Virus record (IMG/VR): IMGVR_UViG_3300012942_000065
Location: 1 to 47,403 of that record
Reading direction: 5' to 3' (one strand)
Origin: a virus
Taxonomy: Duplodnaviria > Caudoviricetes
DNA length: 47,403 nucleotides
Below the pieces are notes generated by a model, which made no database searches, had not been told where the DNA came from, and saw only the letters and a list, made by a program, of their open reading frames with translations. Positions within the stretch are counted from its first letter, which is position 1; the number at the start of each line of letters is the position of its first letter. Below are positions 34,845-44,849 of this stretch, piece by piece. A program made the translations under genes and the position numbers.

Positions 34845-35354
34845 ATGGCTAATTCGTTTCAAGCGCAAGTTGATAAAATCGTTGTCAATACGAATGCAAA
34901 GATGACTGCGCTCATGCGTGAAAGCGTGCAAGAGGTTATCGACATTGCGCAAACGCCGGGACCGTCGAAAAAGTCGATTGAACATGCGATTAAACAGGGG
35001 CTCGGCAGTATCGGAAAAGGCAAACAAAGACGCTCGATCAGCGGGCCGGTCATGCCGCAATCGAAGGGCGGCAAAATGCGCGTTGACACGGGATTTTTGC
35101 GCGCGTCCGGTCAATCATCATTGAATGGAATGCCAACCGGCCCGATACGCGGTAACAAGAACAGCACATATAATTTTGACGTTTCATTGACGGAAAAGAC
35201 CATTTCGGAATTTGAAATCGGCTCGACGTTCTTTTTCGGCTGGACGGCTTCCTATGCCAAATACAGAGAAGCGTTTGACGGCTTCCTAGCGAGCGCATTG
35301 CAACAATGGCCGCGCATTGTAGCGCGCAACACCGAACGCATAAGGAACCGTTGA
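34845..35354 (+). CDS. Neck/tail completion protein (HK97 gp10-like)
   Basis: RVDTGFLRAS, WTASYAKYRE, QWPRIV. Confidence 0.75.
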   Translation: MANSFQAQVDKIVVNTNAKMTALMRESVQEVIDIAQTPGPSKKSIEHAIKQGLGSIGKGKQRRSISGPVMPQSKGGKMRVDTGFLRASGQSSLNGMPTGPIRGNKNSTYNFDVSLTEKTISEFEIGSTFFFGWTASYAKYREAFDGFLASALQQWPRIVARNTERIRNR

Positions 35355-35355
35355 C

Positions 35356-35775
35356 ATGATCGATGGAAAAATATTGGAAGCGATGCAGAAGGCAACGATT
35401 GCGGCTATTGCTGCATCGTCAAAGCCTAATTTTCCCGTCAAGTATCTTGGACGCGTTTTCGTTGTGCCGAATGACAAAACATATATTGAAACAGTTTTCA
35501 TTCCGAACAACATCACAAATGAATTTTGGGGAAACGAAAAAACTTATCGAGGAATTTTCCGTTTAATTCTGCATAGTCAAATAAACGACGAAGGGTTTTA
35601 TCCTTCAATGAATTTCCTTGCAGAAATTGCGGAACATTTTGCGAAAGGATCACAGTTCGCGGCCGGGGCAGTTCCTGTCCGTGTTTACGAACAGCCAACG
35701 CTAGAAAGTGCGGCTGAAAGCCCGCCCGAAATGTTGTTTGTGTTGTCTGTCTGGTATACGTCTTTCAAATCCTAA
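35356..35775 (+). CDS. Tail terminator protein
   Basis: Position before major tail gene; YRGIF, AEIAEHFAKG. Confidence 0.7.
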   Translation: MIDGKILEAMQKATIAAIAASSKPNFPVKYLGRVFVVPNDKTYIETVFIPNNITNEFWGNEKTYRGIFRLILHSQINDEGFYPSMNFLAEIAEHFAKGSQFAAGAVPVRVYEQPTLESAAESPPEMLFVLSVWYTSFKS

Positions 35776-35796
35776 CTTATGCGAAAGGGTCGCGCG

Positions 35797-36333
35797 ATGT
35801 TCAAGCTGTCTTCCTCTCTTTGTGCCGCGTTCGCGGGTGCCGGGCTTCCGGCTGCGTTCGCCAACTCCAACGCCGCTAGCAAGCTTTATGTTTGCTCGAC
35901 GGCACAAAATGCCGATCTTGATGCGACGGAATACGCGGCGTTGACATGGGTGCAGATTGGCGCTGTCGGCTCGCGTGGCGAGACTGGCAAGGCGACGAAC
36001 ATTCTCACCTATGACACTTGGGACACGACAGTTGTGCAGAAAGCCAAGGGCATGACGGACGCCGGTTCGCCGGCTATCGAGGTTGCGCGCATTCCGACCG
36101 ATCCGGGGCAGGTTATCTTGCGCACGGGCGGCGCTGTCGGCAACAATAACAGCTATGCGTTCAAGGAAGAACGTGCCGACGCCGAAGCGGGCGGAACCGG
36201 AACGATCCTCTACAATCGCGGCCTGATCACCGGCCCGACGCGTCCGGGCGGCCGTAACGAAGATTTTGACCTTGAAGTGTTCACGCTGGCGCTTCAACAG
36301 GAAGAAATTGTTGTCGATCCGGTCGGCCCGTAA
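35797..36333 (+). CDS. Major tail (tube) protein with N-terminal leader
   Basis: YAALTWVQIG, KAKGMTDAG, DPGQVILR; AAAGGG RBS before ATG 35797. Confidence 0.85.
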   Translation: MFKLSSSLCAAFAGAGLPAAFANSNAASKLYVCSTAQNADLDATEYAALTWVQIGAVGSRGETGKATNILTYDTWDTTVVQKAKGMTDAGSPAIEVARIPTDPGQVILRTGGAVGNNNSYAFKEERADAEAGGTGTILYNRGLITGPTRPGGRNEDFDLEVFTLALQQEEIVVDPVGP

Positions 36334-36403
36334 CAAGCAACATTGCGGGCGGTGACAAATGCCGCCCGCAAACAATTTCAACCGCAAAACGAAAGCAAGA
36401 CAA

Positions 36404-36802
36404 ATGGATATCGCCAACATTGTTCCAACCGAAAAAACGGTCGAAATTCGCCATCCTGCCGACGAAAACCTGCCGCTCGGAATTCGCGTTTCGGTCATGT
36501 CAGCAACCGATCCGCGCATGAAGGGGATCAAGCGCGCGGTGCAGGATGCAAAGCTTCGGCTCGACGCGCGCAACAAGCATTTCAAAGCCGACGAACTTGA
36601 AACCAATCTTCACAATATGGTTTTTGCCGCAATGACCGAATGGGATTGGTACGGCGAAAATGCCAATTTTGAAGGCGAGAAACCGGAATTCAACAAAGCG
36701 AACGTCTTCAAGATTTTCGCCAAGCTTGAATGGTTCCTCGATCAATTGATCGAAGCCATTCAGGACGAAAAATCTTTTTTTCAGAACTCCAAAGCGATCT
36801 AG
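36404..36802 (+). CDS. Tail assembly chaperone (G-like)
   Basis: Between tail tube and tape measure genes; slippery site near 3' end. Confidence 0.75.
   Translation: MDIANIVPTEKTVEIRHPADENLPLGIRVSVMSATDPRMKGIKRAVQDAKLRLDARNKHFKADELETNLHNMVFAAMTEWDWYGENANFEGEKPEFNKANVFKIFAKLEWFLDQLIEAIQDEKSFFQNSKAI
36775..36781 (+). other. -1 programmed frameshift heptamer T TTT TTT
   Basis: TCT TTT TTT CAG; -1 frame is open to 37191. Confidence 0.75.
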
Positions 36803-37191
36803 TCGAGGCGATACGCGTTCACGTCCGTTACGATTTGCAGAATGAAAAAGGCGAAACGCGACGTGAACGCAACAAACGTTTTGGAGTGGAAGATACGCCA
36901 TTTGTTGACTTGAACGAAACGGAAAGCGGTTGGCAATTTTGGGAATGGTATTGGAGCGTATCAAGACGCATTCGCCGTGTTCGGGACAACGCATGTGAGC
37001 CTATCCCGCCGTCCGAATTCGAGGCATGGTGCAGATTAACGAACACGATAATTCTGCCGCTGGAATACGAAATTTTATGCGCCATGGACGACGCGTTTTG
37101 TGCGGAAATGAACAGTGAATTAAGCGACTATAACGAGCGCCAAACCGAAGCACAAAAAGCAAACGCAAACAAACCTGTTCGGAGAAAATGA
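36781..37191 (+). CDS. Tail assembly chaperone frameshift extension (T-like)
   Basis: WEWYW, PIPPSEFEAWCRLT, EYEILCAMDDAF; no good independent start. Confidence 0.75.
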   Translation, partial: SELQSDLVEAIRVHVRYDLQNEKGETRRERNKRFGVEDTPFVDLNETESGWQFWEWYWSVSRRIRRVRDNACEPIPPSEFEAWCRLTNTIILPLEYEILCAMDDAFCAEMNSELSDYNERQTEAQKANANKPVRRK

Positions 37192-39734
37192 GCATGGCTG
37201 GCGACATCGCGCAAATTGGCTTCAAAGCCGACACAAGCGAGCTTTCCGACGCGAAGAAAAAGCTTGACGATTTGTCGCCTGCCGCTGGTCGCGCCGAACG
37301 TTCGGCCGAAAAACTTGCGAAAATGCTTGGCGCATCGGATGGCAACGCCAGCAAATTTGCAAAATCCATTGCCGGTGTTACTGCCGCCAATGACAATTTT
37401 GCCGGTTCGCTCGGCAAAGCCGCGACCGCTGCAAATTTGTTCAAGGTTGCGCTTGCCGGCATCGGTGCATTGATCGGCACGATTGCGGCCGGGCTGTCGA
37501 TTGGCGCTTATGTCAAGCTTGCTGATGCATGGTCGGATTTGTCGTCGCTTGTCGGCGCTTCCGTCCGAAATATGGAACTCGCGCCGGCCATCATGTCGCG
37601 CCTCGCAGATGTAGCGGATCGAACTTATTCGTCGATACAAACAACTGTTGAAGGTTTTGTAGGCTTCAATGCCGCAATGCGCGACATGGGGTTTAGCATC
37701 AACCAAACGCTTGACCTTACCGAAGCGCTGAATAATGCGCTTGTCGTGTCAGGTGCGAAAGGACAACGCGCGGAAAGCGTTATGAATGCGCTTTCAAAAG
37801 CGATGGCGCTTGGCAAGTTGTCGGGTGAAAACCTGAATACCGTAATCCAGCAAGGTGGGCGCATCGCTGAAATTCTTGCCGAAGAACTTAAAACGTCGCA
37901 AGGCGGGTTGATGAAGTTTGGCGCGCAAGGAAAGATTACGGGCGATCTTATCTATAACGCTATGACGAAACGCATGGAGGAATTGCGCGAAGCGGCCGAC
38001 GCCATGCCAGCGACGGTCGGCGATGCGTTTGGACGCATCGGCAACGCGGTTTTGCAGACGGTCGGCAAGTTCGATCAGCTTACCGGCATCACGACAACAA
38101 TCAGCGCATATCTTGTCGAATTTTCAAAAACAATCAAAGACGTTGGAAACAATTTCGGTTTGATAGCGATGTATGCGGCCGAAGCCGGGATTGCACTCGG
38201 CATCGCATTTTCTCCCGCTATCATCGCGGGCGTTTATGCGTTGGCGCTTGGCGTCGTCAAGCTTACCGTCGCAATCGGGCTCGGCTTGATCGACGCGATT
38301 TTCGGCGCAATCAACGCCATGGTGATCTTTGCCATGACAAACCCATTTACCGCGCTTCTATTCGGGATCACGGTGACGCTTGCCGCGTTTTATGTGTTTC
38401 GTGATGCGTTTGTTTCCGTGTTCGGTCAAGACTTGATCAATGCGGCTAAAAACGCCGTTAACAAGATCATCGGTTTTTTCGTTGGCGCGTATCAAGCGAT
38501 TGTCGCCATGTGGCAAAACCTGCCAACGATGTTTAGCGGGCTCGGCAAGATAGCATATAACAACTTCATCGCCGCGTTTGAAAAACCTGCTTTGACGTTC
38601 AACGGGACGACTATCATTCCCGGTCTGGATTTGTCGAGCATGAAAGCGCAACTGTCCGATGCGGAAAAATCGGCAATGAGCCTCACAAATCAAACAATCA
38701 AAATCGCGCAAGGAACTGATTATATCGGCGCGGTTGACGCTGCTGTTTCCGGGCTGTCCAGCAAGTTCAAGGTTGCAACGGGTGACGCCGACGCACTCGA
38801 CAAGAAAATTAAAGCCATTGGCGGCGGTAGCGCAGATGACGCGAGCGGATCGGGAAAAGAGAAGAAAGACCCGTTTTCGGAAATCGTCAAAGGCGCGGAA
38901 CGCACGATTGAAAAGCTCAAAGCCGAACGTGACGCGATTGGTTTGAGCGCGGAAGAAACCGCACGTCTCAAACGTGAAACGGAATTGCTTAACGAAGCGA
39001 AGCAAAAGAACATCGATTTGACGCCGGATCAAATCGAGAAACTGAAATCGCTCGCCGGTGAAATGGCGAACCTTGAAGCCTCGACTGCTGCCGCTAAAAA
39101 GCAGCTTGAATTCACGAAAGACCTTTTCAAAGGCTTTGTTAGCGACATCGTTAACGGTTTGCGTCAAGGTAAAAGCTTTTGGGAAGCTTTTGGCGATGCA
39201 GCAACGAAGGTTTTGAACAAAATCGTTGACAAACTATTGAATGAAGTGATTGACGCTTTGTTTGAGGTAAGCAAGGCCGGAAGCGGTGGCGGTGGTGGTT
39301 TGCTCGGCACGATCACAAGTGCCATCGGCTCGCTTTTCAAATTTGCCAAGGGCGGCACGTTTGCCGGTGGCATCAACGGTCATTCCAATAGCGTCGTGAG
39401 CAAGCCAACGCTGTTCGCCTTCGCGTCCGGGGCGGGCGTCATGGGTGAGAAAGGACCGGAAGCGATCATGCCGCTTGAACGCGGCTCGGATGGCTCGCTA
39501 GGCGTCAAGGCGTTCGGCAACGGTGGCATGACCCGCAACGGAACCAATGTGACCGTCATTGTCGAGAATAACGCCGACAACACGAACGTTCGACAAGAGC
39601 GCTCAACAGGTGGCAACGGCGATGAAATCCGCCGCATTATTATCGACACTGTAAACGATGGTATGGCAGGCGGTGATTTCGACGGTGCCAATGCGGCTCG
39701 CTACGGTGCCAAGGTGCAGCGTGTAGCACGCTAA
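37188..39734 (+). CDS. Tape measure protein
   Basis: Ala-rich helical protein; ALSKAMALGKLSGENLNTV tape-measure domain; FAKGG...GVMGEKGPEAIMPL. Confidence 0.92.
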   Translation: MSMAGDIAQIGFKADTSELSDAKKKLDDLSPAAGRAERSAEKLAKMLGASDGNASKFAKSIAGVTAANDNFAGSLGKAATAANLFKVALAGIGALIGTIAAGLSIGAYVKLADAWSDLSSLVGASVRNMELAPAIMSRLADVADRTYSSIQTTVEGFVGFNAAMRDMGFSINQTLDLTEALNNALVVSGAKGQRAESVMNALSKAMALGKLSGENLNTVIQQGGRIAEILAEELKTSQGGLMKFGAQGKITGDLIYNAMTKRMEELREAADAMPATVGDAFGRIGNAVLQTVGKFDQLTGITTTISAYLVEFSKTIKDVGNNFGLIAMYAAEAGIALGIAFSPAIIAGVYALALGVVKLTVAIGLGLIDAIFGAINAMVIFAMTNPFTALLFGITVTLAAFYVFRDAFVSVFGQDLINAAKNAVNKIIGFFVGAYQAIVAMWQNLPTMFSGLGKIAYNNFIAAFEKPALTFNGTTIIPGLDLSSMKAQLSDAEKSAMSLTNQTIKIAQGTDYIGAVDAAVSGLSSKFKVATGDADALDKKIKAIGGGSADDASGSGKEKKDPFSEIVKGAERTIEKLKAERDAIGLSAEETARLKRETELLNEAKQKNIDLTPDQIEKLKSLAGEMANLEASTAAAKKQLEFTKDLFKGFVSDIVNGLRQGKSFWEAFGDAATKVLNKIVDKLLNEVIDALFEVSKAGSGGGGGLLGTITSAIGSLFKFAKGGTFAGGINGHSNSVVSKPTLFAFASGAGVMGEKGPEAIMPLERGSDGSLGVKAFGNGGMTRNGTNVTVIVENNADNTNVRQERSTGGNGDEIRRIIIDTVNDGMAGGDFDGANAARYGAKVQRVAR

Positions 39735-39755
39735 GCTAAGAGAGGGGTGAACATT

Positions 39756-40124
39756 ATGGCCGATCCTGTTTGGCCTTCGACATTGCGACTTACCGGCGCG
39801 GCCGGGGTGTCCGGTGGACCGCAACCAAATGTCGCGTCGTTTCAACCGGAAGTCGGAACGTCCATTGATCGGCGACGGTCAAGCGTCACGTCGCGGCGCT
39901 ATGATGTTGAAATGAATTCGATCCCGAAAGATCAATATATGGAATTTCGCAAATTCGTCGAAGAAACATTATTTGACGGTGTTTTGCCGTTCCTATGGGT
40001 TAATCCGATGACGGATTTGCCGTGTCGTGTCAAAATCTCAAAAAAAGATCAGCTTTACAAAGAGACGAGAGCAACCGGCGATCTTTACAATATCGCGTTT
40101 CAAATCGAAACTTTGGACGGATAA
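39756..40124 (+). CDS. Distal tail protein
   Basis: WP..L, RRRSS, TLFDGVLPFLWVNP; follows tape measure gene. Confidence 0.7.
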   Translation: MADPVWPSTLRLTGAAGVSGGPQPNVASFQPEVGTSIDRRRSSVTSRRYDVEMNSIPKDQYMEFRKFVEETLFDGVLPFLWVNPMTDLPCRVKISKKDQLYKETRATGDLYNIAFQIETLDG

Positions 40125-40130
40125 AAAATA

Positions 40131-40652
40131 ATGCCTTCATTTCAACGGGCGGTCCCGCCACAAGCTCGACGCGAACTTGATAAACAAGAGAGCGCCGAAA
40201 TCTATCTCGTTTTTCTCAAAATTCGTCATCCTGCATTGACGGAAGATATTCGCGTTGTTTCCGATCCGAAGAACTTCATCCTTGAAGATGAAGAATATCA
40301 AGGTTTTGAATTCGAGATTAAAATATTGTCAGACGGTGAAAAACCGCCGTCTGCACAATTGAGCATTCAAAACGTTGACAGACGTATCGGCGAAGCAATT
40401 CTAAATTCAAATGATAGCATTCGACTTGAAATTCAAATTGTTACCGGAAGCGAATTCGATTTGACGGTGACGCCGCGCACGTCATTAACCGCTGTCCCGG
40501 CAAGAGTATATCGCGCTCGCCAACTCTATCTAACCGACATTGAAGGTGGTTTGATTTTCTTGACTGGCACTATTCGTTCATGGGACTATACGCAAGAAAC
40601 GTGGCCCGGCATTCGTGCCACGCAAGCAAGATTGCCGGGGTTATACTGGTGA
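40131..40652 (+). CDS. Minor tail protein (DUF1833-like)
   Basis: LKIRHPAL...IRVV, LSIQNVDRRI, PGLY. Confidence 0.75.
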   Translation: MPSFQRAVPPQARRELDKQESAEIYLVFLKIRHPALTEDIRVVSDPKNFILEDEEYQGFEFEIKILSDGEKPPSAQLSIQNVDRRIGEAILNSNDSIRLEIQIVTGSEFDLTVTPRTSLTAVPARVYRARQLYLTDIEGGLIFLTGTIRSWDYTQETWPGIRATQARLPGLYW

Positions 40653-41065
40653 AATGGTTTGACAAATACGTTGGCGCACCGTTTCTCGACGGTGGCCGTT
40701 CCATCGATGGCGTCGATTGTTGGGGGCTTGTGCGTCTAATTTATGAGCGCGAGTTGCAGATTGATTTGCCGTCCTATGCAGACGTTTCTGCACGCAATTT
40801 GATCGAGGTTGCGCGCAACATCGCACGCGGCAAAGACGGCGAAGAATGGATCGATGTAATACCGTCTGCGGTTGCTGAATTTGATGTTTGTGTTTTGAAG
40901 CATTACGGAAAAAATCGCGTCGGCCATGTTGGCGTAATGCTCAATAGTAAAACGTTGCTGCACATTGAAGAAAGTTGCAACGCGGTCGCTGTCCCGATTT
41001 CACATTACACAATCAAGGAACGTGTGGCATGCTACAGGCGACACAAAATTCAATGCAAGCGATAA
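40649..41065 (+). CDS. NlpC/P60 tail-associated peptidase
   Basis: GGRSIDGVDCWGLV, HVGV, LH; GTG start overlapping upstream stop. Confidence 0.85.
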   Translation: MKWFDKYVGAPFLDGGRSIDGVDCWGLVRLIYERELQIDLPSYADVSARNLIEVARNIARGKDGEEWIDVIPSAVAEFDVCVLKHYGKNRVGHVGVMLNSKTLLHIEESCNAVAVPISHYTIKERVACYRRHKIQCKR

Positions 41066-43782
41066 ATCCACACGATGGCAAAGTTTTTGCGATTTGGCGC
41101 GAGCCGTTCAAGCTCGGAACGCCGGTCGTCGAAACGTGGGAATACGGGCAAACCGTTGCGGAAATCGTCGCACGCATGCCTTGCTTGCCTGATGACTTTG
41201 CGCAACGCGGAATGGTGCGCGTTAACGATGTCGAAGTTCCCCGCGCACTATGGGACGTTGTTCGCCCGAAAGCGACAAGCGCGGAAAAACCTGTTTCCGT
41301 TACAATGCATGTTGCTGTTCAAGGCGGCGGCGGTGGCGGCGGAAAGAAAATTTTTTCGCTGATCGCTGTCCTTGCACTGACAATTCTAACGGTCGGCATT
41401 GCGCAACTTGGTATTCCTGCGCTTGGTGCGGCGTTTGCGGCTGGCACGACTGGAGCAAAATTGCTTGCCGCTGGCGTCGGTATTGTCGGCTCGCTTGTGA
41501 TCGGTGCGCTATCGTCAACACCGGCTCGCGCCGAAGATCAAGCAAACACAAATGCGGACGGCGGTTCGACGCTCGATCCTGCTGCGATCAGTGGCAACGT
41601 GTTAGAGCCGAACGTTTCAATTCCACGCGTCATCGGTCGGCGTCGAGTGTTCCCGCCATTTCTATTTGAGCCGATTGTGGAAATTATCGGGCAAGACGAA
41701 ATTGTTGATGCCGTTTATGGTCTTTCCGGCCCGCATGAAATCACTGATATCCGTCTAAGCGGCTCGACCGTTTCGCCGGAGGAAGTAGACGCGGACGTGA
41801 TCATAAAATACACGTCCGGGTTGCCAGATGAGCCGGGAATTAAAATCCCGGCTCGATATGGTCGCACATTCACGCTTAATGCGGAAATGTCAGTTCACGG
41901 AACAGACCCGGACAATCTCGCCGTGTTCGCAAATCCGCTTCCGGTTTATCATGCAATGTCAACGGCAGATGATCCCGACGAAAGTTGGATACATTTGCTT
42001 TCTTACGGTTTGACGCAGCAAGACAACTTCAATGATGCGTTGCGCATTCCGTTCCGCATTCGCATGCGTTTGCGCGGCGAGGAAGATTGGCGATATCTTC
42101 CCGAAGTGCATTATATGGACGCGACACAATCGCAACGTCGCATGCAGTTCAAATTTCGTTTTCACGAAACATATGTCGGCGTTTTGCCAAACCCGCCGCA
42201 AAATCGTGGTTTCGTCGAGGCGCGCAAGCGCGTGCCGGGACAGAATGTCACGCCGCTCCAACCGGATTTTAATTGTGATCCGTATTTCTCGAAAGGCGGC
42301 GGGAACGATATTTATCGTTATGCAACGAACGAGACAACAAACGTCATCAATATGTCGCTTGAAGCGGAAACAGTAACCTTTTACTTGTCGTCCGAAAGTT
42401 GGCCGCGCGGCATTTATGACATTGAAATCAAGCGCGGTTCGGCATTTTATAATAAAGACTTCACGTCTGACACATACGTTTATAGCGGACAGGTGATTGA
42501 TTTTTACGGTGAGAAGTCGGGCGGCTTCCTACCAATGTCTCGGCAAGGCTTGTTGGACAAAATCAACCTGTCCCGCATCGTCAATATCAAGCGTCAACCG
42601 CCTATTGCCATGCGCAACATTGCGATGATTTACTTGCAAGTTCGCAATCGTTCGGTGAGTGATTTGTCAATTGAAGCGGGTGGATACGTTCGCGATTGGA
42701 ACGGCACGGCGTGGGCAAATATGATTGTCACGGATAATCCCGCGCCGCATTTCGTGGATATCCTTTGCGGCCCGCTCAATCTCGATCCGTTGCCAGACGA
42801 AATGCGCGATGACGAAAGCCTTGTCGAATGGCGACAGGCTTGCATTGACAACGGATACACTTGCAACCTTGTAACGGAAGGCGCTGCGATTGCAGAGTTG
42901 CAACGCATCGTCGCGTCATGCGGATATGCGCGCCCTTACCAGTCGGAAATTTGGGGCGTTATCCGCGACTATGATCGTTCGGATGAAAGCCCGGTGCAGA
43001 TATTTTCGCCGCGCAACATCAATGATTTCAAATGGAAAAAGGCTTTTCCACGTTTGCCGGCCGGCTTTCGCGTCAATTTCAAAGATGAAGATTATGATTA
43101 CAGCGGCAAGCAAATCCTTGTCTTTCGCGCTGGTGCTGATGAAACGGACGCGCGCACGGAACAAATTAGTTATGTCGGGCTTGTCAATCGCGATGACTGC
43201 ATAGCTCGCGCCGGCTTTGATTTGCGCAATGCGCAATATCGATCCGCGCTCTACACGTTCAATGCACCGGCCGAAAGCATCGTCTGTCGTCGCGGCTCGC
43301 TTGTCGGGTTGAACCATGATCTGCTACAGCGTCACTATGGGTCGGTTCGCATCGATACCGTTCAAATTGATGACGACGGTAAAGTAGTCGGGCTGATATT
43401 GGATAGCGAAGTTGATGTTAAAAATTCCGTCGATATGCTCGCATTGCCGGATATTCTTGCTGTTGATGACATGCTTGAAGTAGGGTTACAGACTGCTATC
43501 GGCATTCGGCAGACAAACGCAAAGACAAGCGTTTATCGTGTAACCAATGCGGCAGGCAAAACCAAAACATTGACGTTTGACCCATTTGAAAATCCGGACG
43601 GCGAGGCATCGATTTACGATAAAGGCCCGGTCAAACAAGTCGAGACTGGTTGCCTTGTTGTGATTGGCACGCTTGGAACCGAATACAAGCGTTTCATTGT
43701 GAGCGACATCGCGGCGGGAAAAGATTTGATGTCAACTTTGACGCTTGTTGATGAAGCGCCGGAGATATGGGAAACCGCATAA
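41053..43782 (+). CDS. Tail tip / host-specificity protein (lambda I+J-like fusion)
   Basis: N-terminal ubiquitin-like + hydrophobic segment, IPRVIG, DNPA...DIL, FSPRN, LTLVDEAPEI. Confidence 0.8.
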   Translation: MQAINPHDGKVFAIWREPFKLGTPVVETWEYGQTVAEIVARMPCLPDDFAQRGMVRVNDVEVPRALWDVVRPKATSAEKPVSVTMHVAVQGGGGGGGKKIFSLIAVLALTILTVGIAQLGIPALGAAFAAGTTGAKLLAAGVGIVGSLVIGALSSTPARAEDQANTNADGGSTLDPAAISGNVLEPNVSIPRVIGRRRVFPPFLFEPIVEIIGQDEIVDAVYGLSGPHEITDIRLSGSTVSPEEVDADVIIKYTSGLPDEPGIKIPARYGRTFTLNAEMSVHGTDPDNLAVFANPLPVYHAMSTADDPDESWIHLLSYGLTQQDNFNDALRIPFRIRMRLRGEEDWRYLPEVHYMDATQSQRRMQFKFRFHETYVGVLPNPPQNRGFVEARKRVPGQNVTPLQPDFNCDPYFSKGGGNDIYRYATNETTNVINMSLEAETVTFYLSSESWPRGIYDIEIKRGSAFYNKDFTSDTYVYSGQVIDFYGEKSGGFLPMSRQGLLDKINLSRIVNIKRQPPIAMRNIAMIYLQVRNRSVSDLSIEAGGYVRDWNGTAWANMIVTDNPAPHFVDILCGPLNLDPLPDEMRDDESLVEWRQACIDNGYTCNLVTEGAAIAELQRIVASCGYARPYQSEIWGVIRDYDRSDESPVQIFSPRNINDFKWKKAFPRLPAGFRVNFKDEDYDYSGKQILVFRAGADETDARTEQISYVGLVNRDDCIARAGFDLRNAQYRSALYTFNAPAESIVCRRGSLVGLNHDLLQRHYGSVRIDTVQIDDDGKVVGLILDSEVDVKNSVDMLALPDILAVDDMLEVGLQTAIGIRQTNAKTSVYRVTNAAGKTKTLTFDPFENPDGEASIYDKGPVKQVETGCLVVIGTLGTEYKRFIVSDIAAGKDLMSTLTLVDEAPEIWETA

Positions 43783-43803
43783 GAGCTAAGTGGAGCAACG
43801 CAA

Positions 43804-44838
43804 ATGGATCGTTTGGTTTTCAATTCTTCATCGCCGCCGCCTGTTACCGGCCCGGCATACATGGACAACATCGCCGAAAAGATTAACGCGATATTCAACA
43901 CATTACCGCTGCGTCCAACATCTATCGTTAACGTTGGCAATGATTACACGATAGAAGTCGATCCTGTTTTGATTGGCGACGTGACGGCCGGCATGAGTTT
44001 TTACATTCAGCCGAACGCCAACAATACCGGCCCGGTGCGTCTGCGTATCACCGGAAGCAACCCATATTACGATGTCGTCAAATCGACGGGCGATGCACTC
44101 GCGTTGAACGACTTTTCGACAAACATTGTTTTCTTTGTCGTGTTCATCAACGGCGAATTCCGCATCATGTCGGTTGCAGCCGATGCGGCAGACGTTGGCG
44201 CAATTCTTGTTTATCAGGAATTTCTCACGTCTGGCGTTTGGACAAAGCCTGTCGGCATCAACCCGGATGCGTGGGTTGATGTTGAAATATGGGGCGGTGG
44301 CGGCGGCGGTGGTGGTGGCGGCGGTGCTTATACAAGCCGCAAATTTCGTGCGGCCGATCTCACGTCTAGCGTAGTCGTTACAATCGGCAACGGTGGTTCA
44401 ACAACAGGCAACGGCGGCAATACCGCCTTCGGATCATATTTGCTCGCTTATGGGGGATTTACGGGCGCCAGTGGCGCAAGTAGCAATGCAGGCGGTGGCG
44501 GCGGTCTTGCTGCAAACGGTGGCCCTAAAAGCGGTGGTTCGGCAGTTGTCTACAATAACACTAGCCCCGGTCTCTATGGTGGCGAAAAATACGGCGGCAA
44601 TCCAATAAACGTCGCGCCAAACGTTGGAATATCAACGGGCGCGATTTTCGGCGGCGGCGGTCAAGGACGAGACAGCATTTATGGTGGCGGCGGCGGATGG
44701 AACGGAACAAGCGCCGGCATAAGTATTTACGGTGGTAATGGTGGCGGCAACGGCGTTGCCGGTGCAGTTCCGGGCGGTGGCGGCGGCACTAGTGCAGTTG
44801 GCGGTGCTGGCAAGTGCATCGTCCGATTGATCGGCTAA
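43804..44838 (+). CDS. Glycine-rich tail fibre protein
   Basis: ANNTGPVRL, SGVWTKP, VEIWGGGGGG, VVVTIGNGG, long Gly-rich C-terminus. Confidence 0.75.
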   Translation: MDRLVFNSSSPPPVTGPAYMDNIAEKINAIFNTLPLRPTSIVNVGNDYTIEVDPVLIGDVTAGMSFYIQPNANNTGPVRLRITGSNPYYDVVKSTGDALALNDFSTNIVFFVVFINGEFRIMSVAADAADVGAILVYQEFLTSGVWTKPVGINPDAWVDVEIWGGGGGGGGGGGAYTSRKFRAADLTSSVVVTIGNGGSTTGNGGNTAFGSYLLAYGGFTGASGASSNAGGGGGLAANGGPKSGGSAVVYNNTSPGLYGGEKYGGNPINVAPNVGISTGAIFGGGGQGRDSIYGGGGGWNGTSAGISIYGGNGGGNGVAGAVPGGGGGTSAVGGAGKCIVRLIG

Positions 44839-44849
44839 AAGAGGGAACA

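Noticed and set aside
44290-44810. GGC/GGT-rich repeats as a diversity-generating or repeat element
   Set aside because: Explained by Gly-rich fibre coding; no reverse transcriptase or template/variable repeat pair seen.
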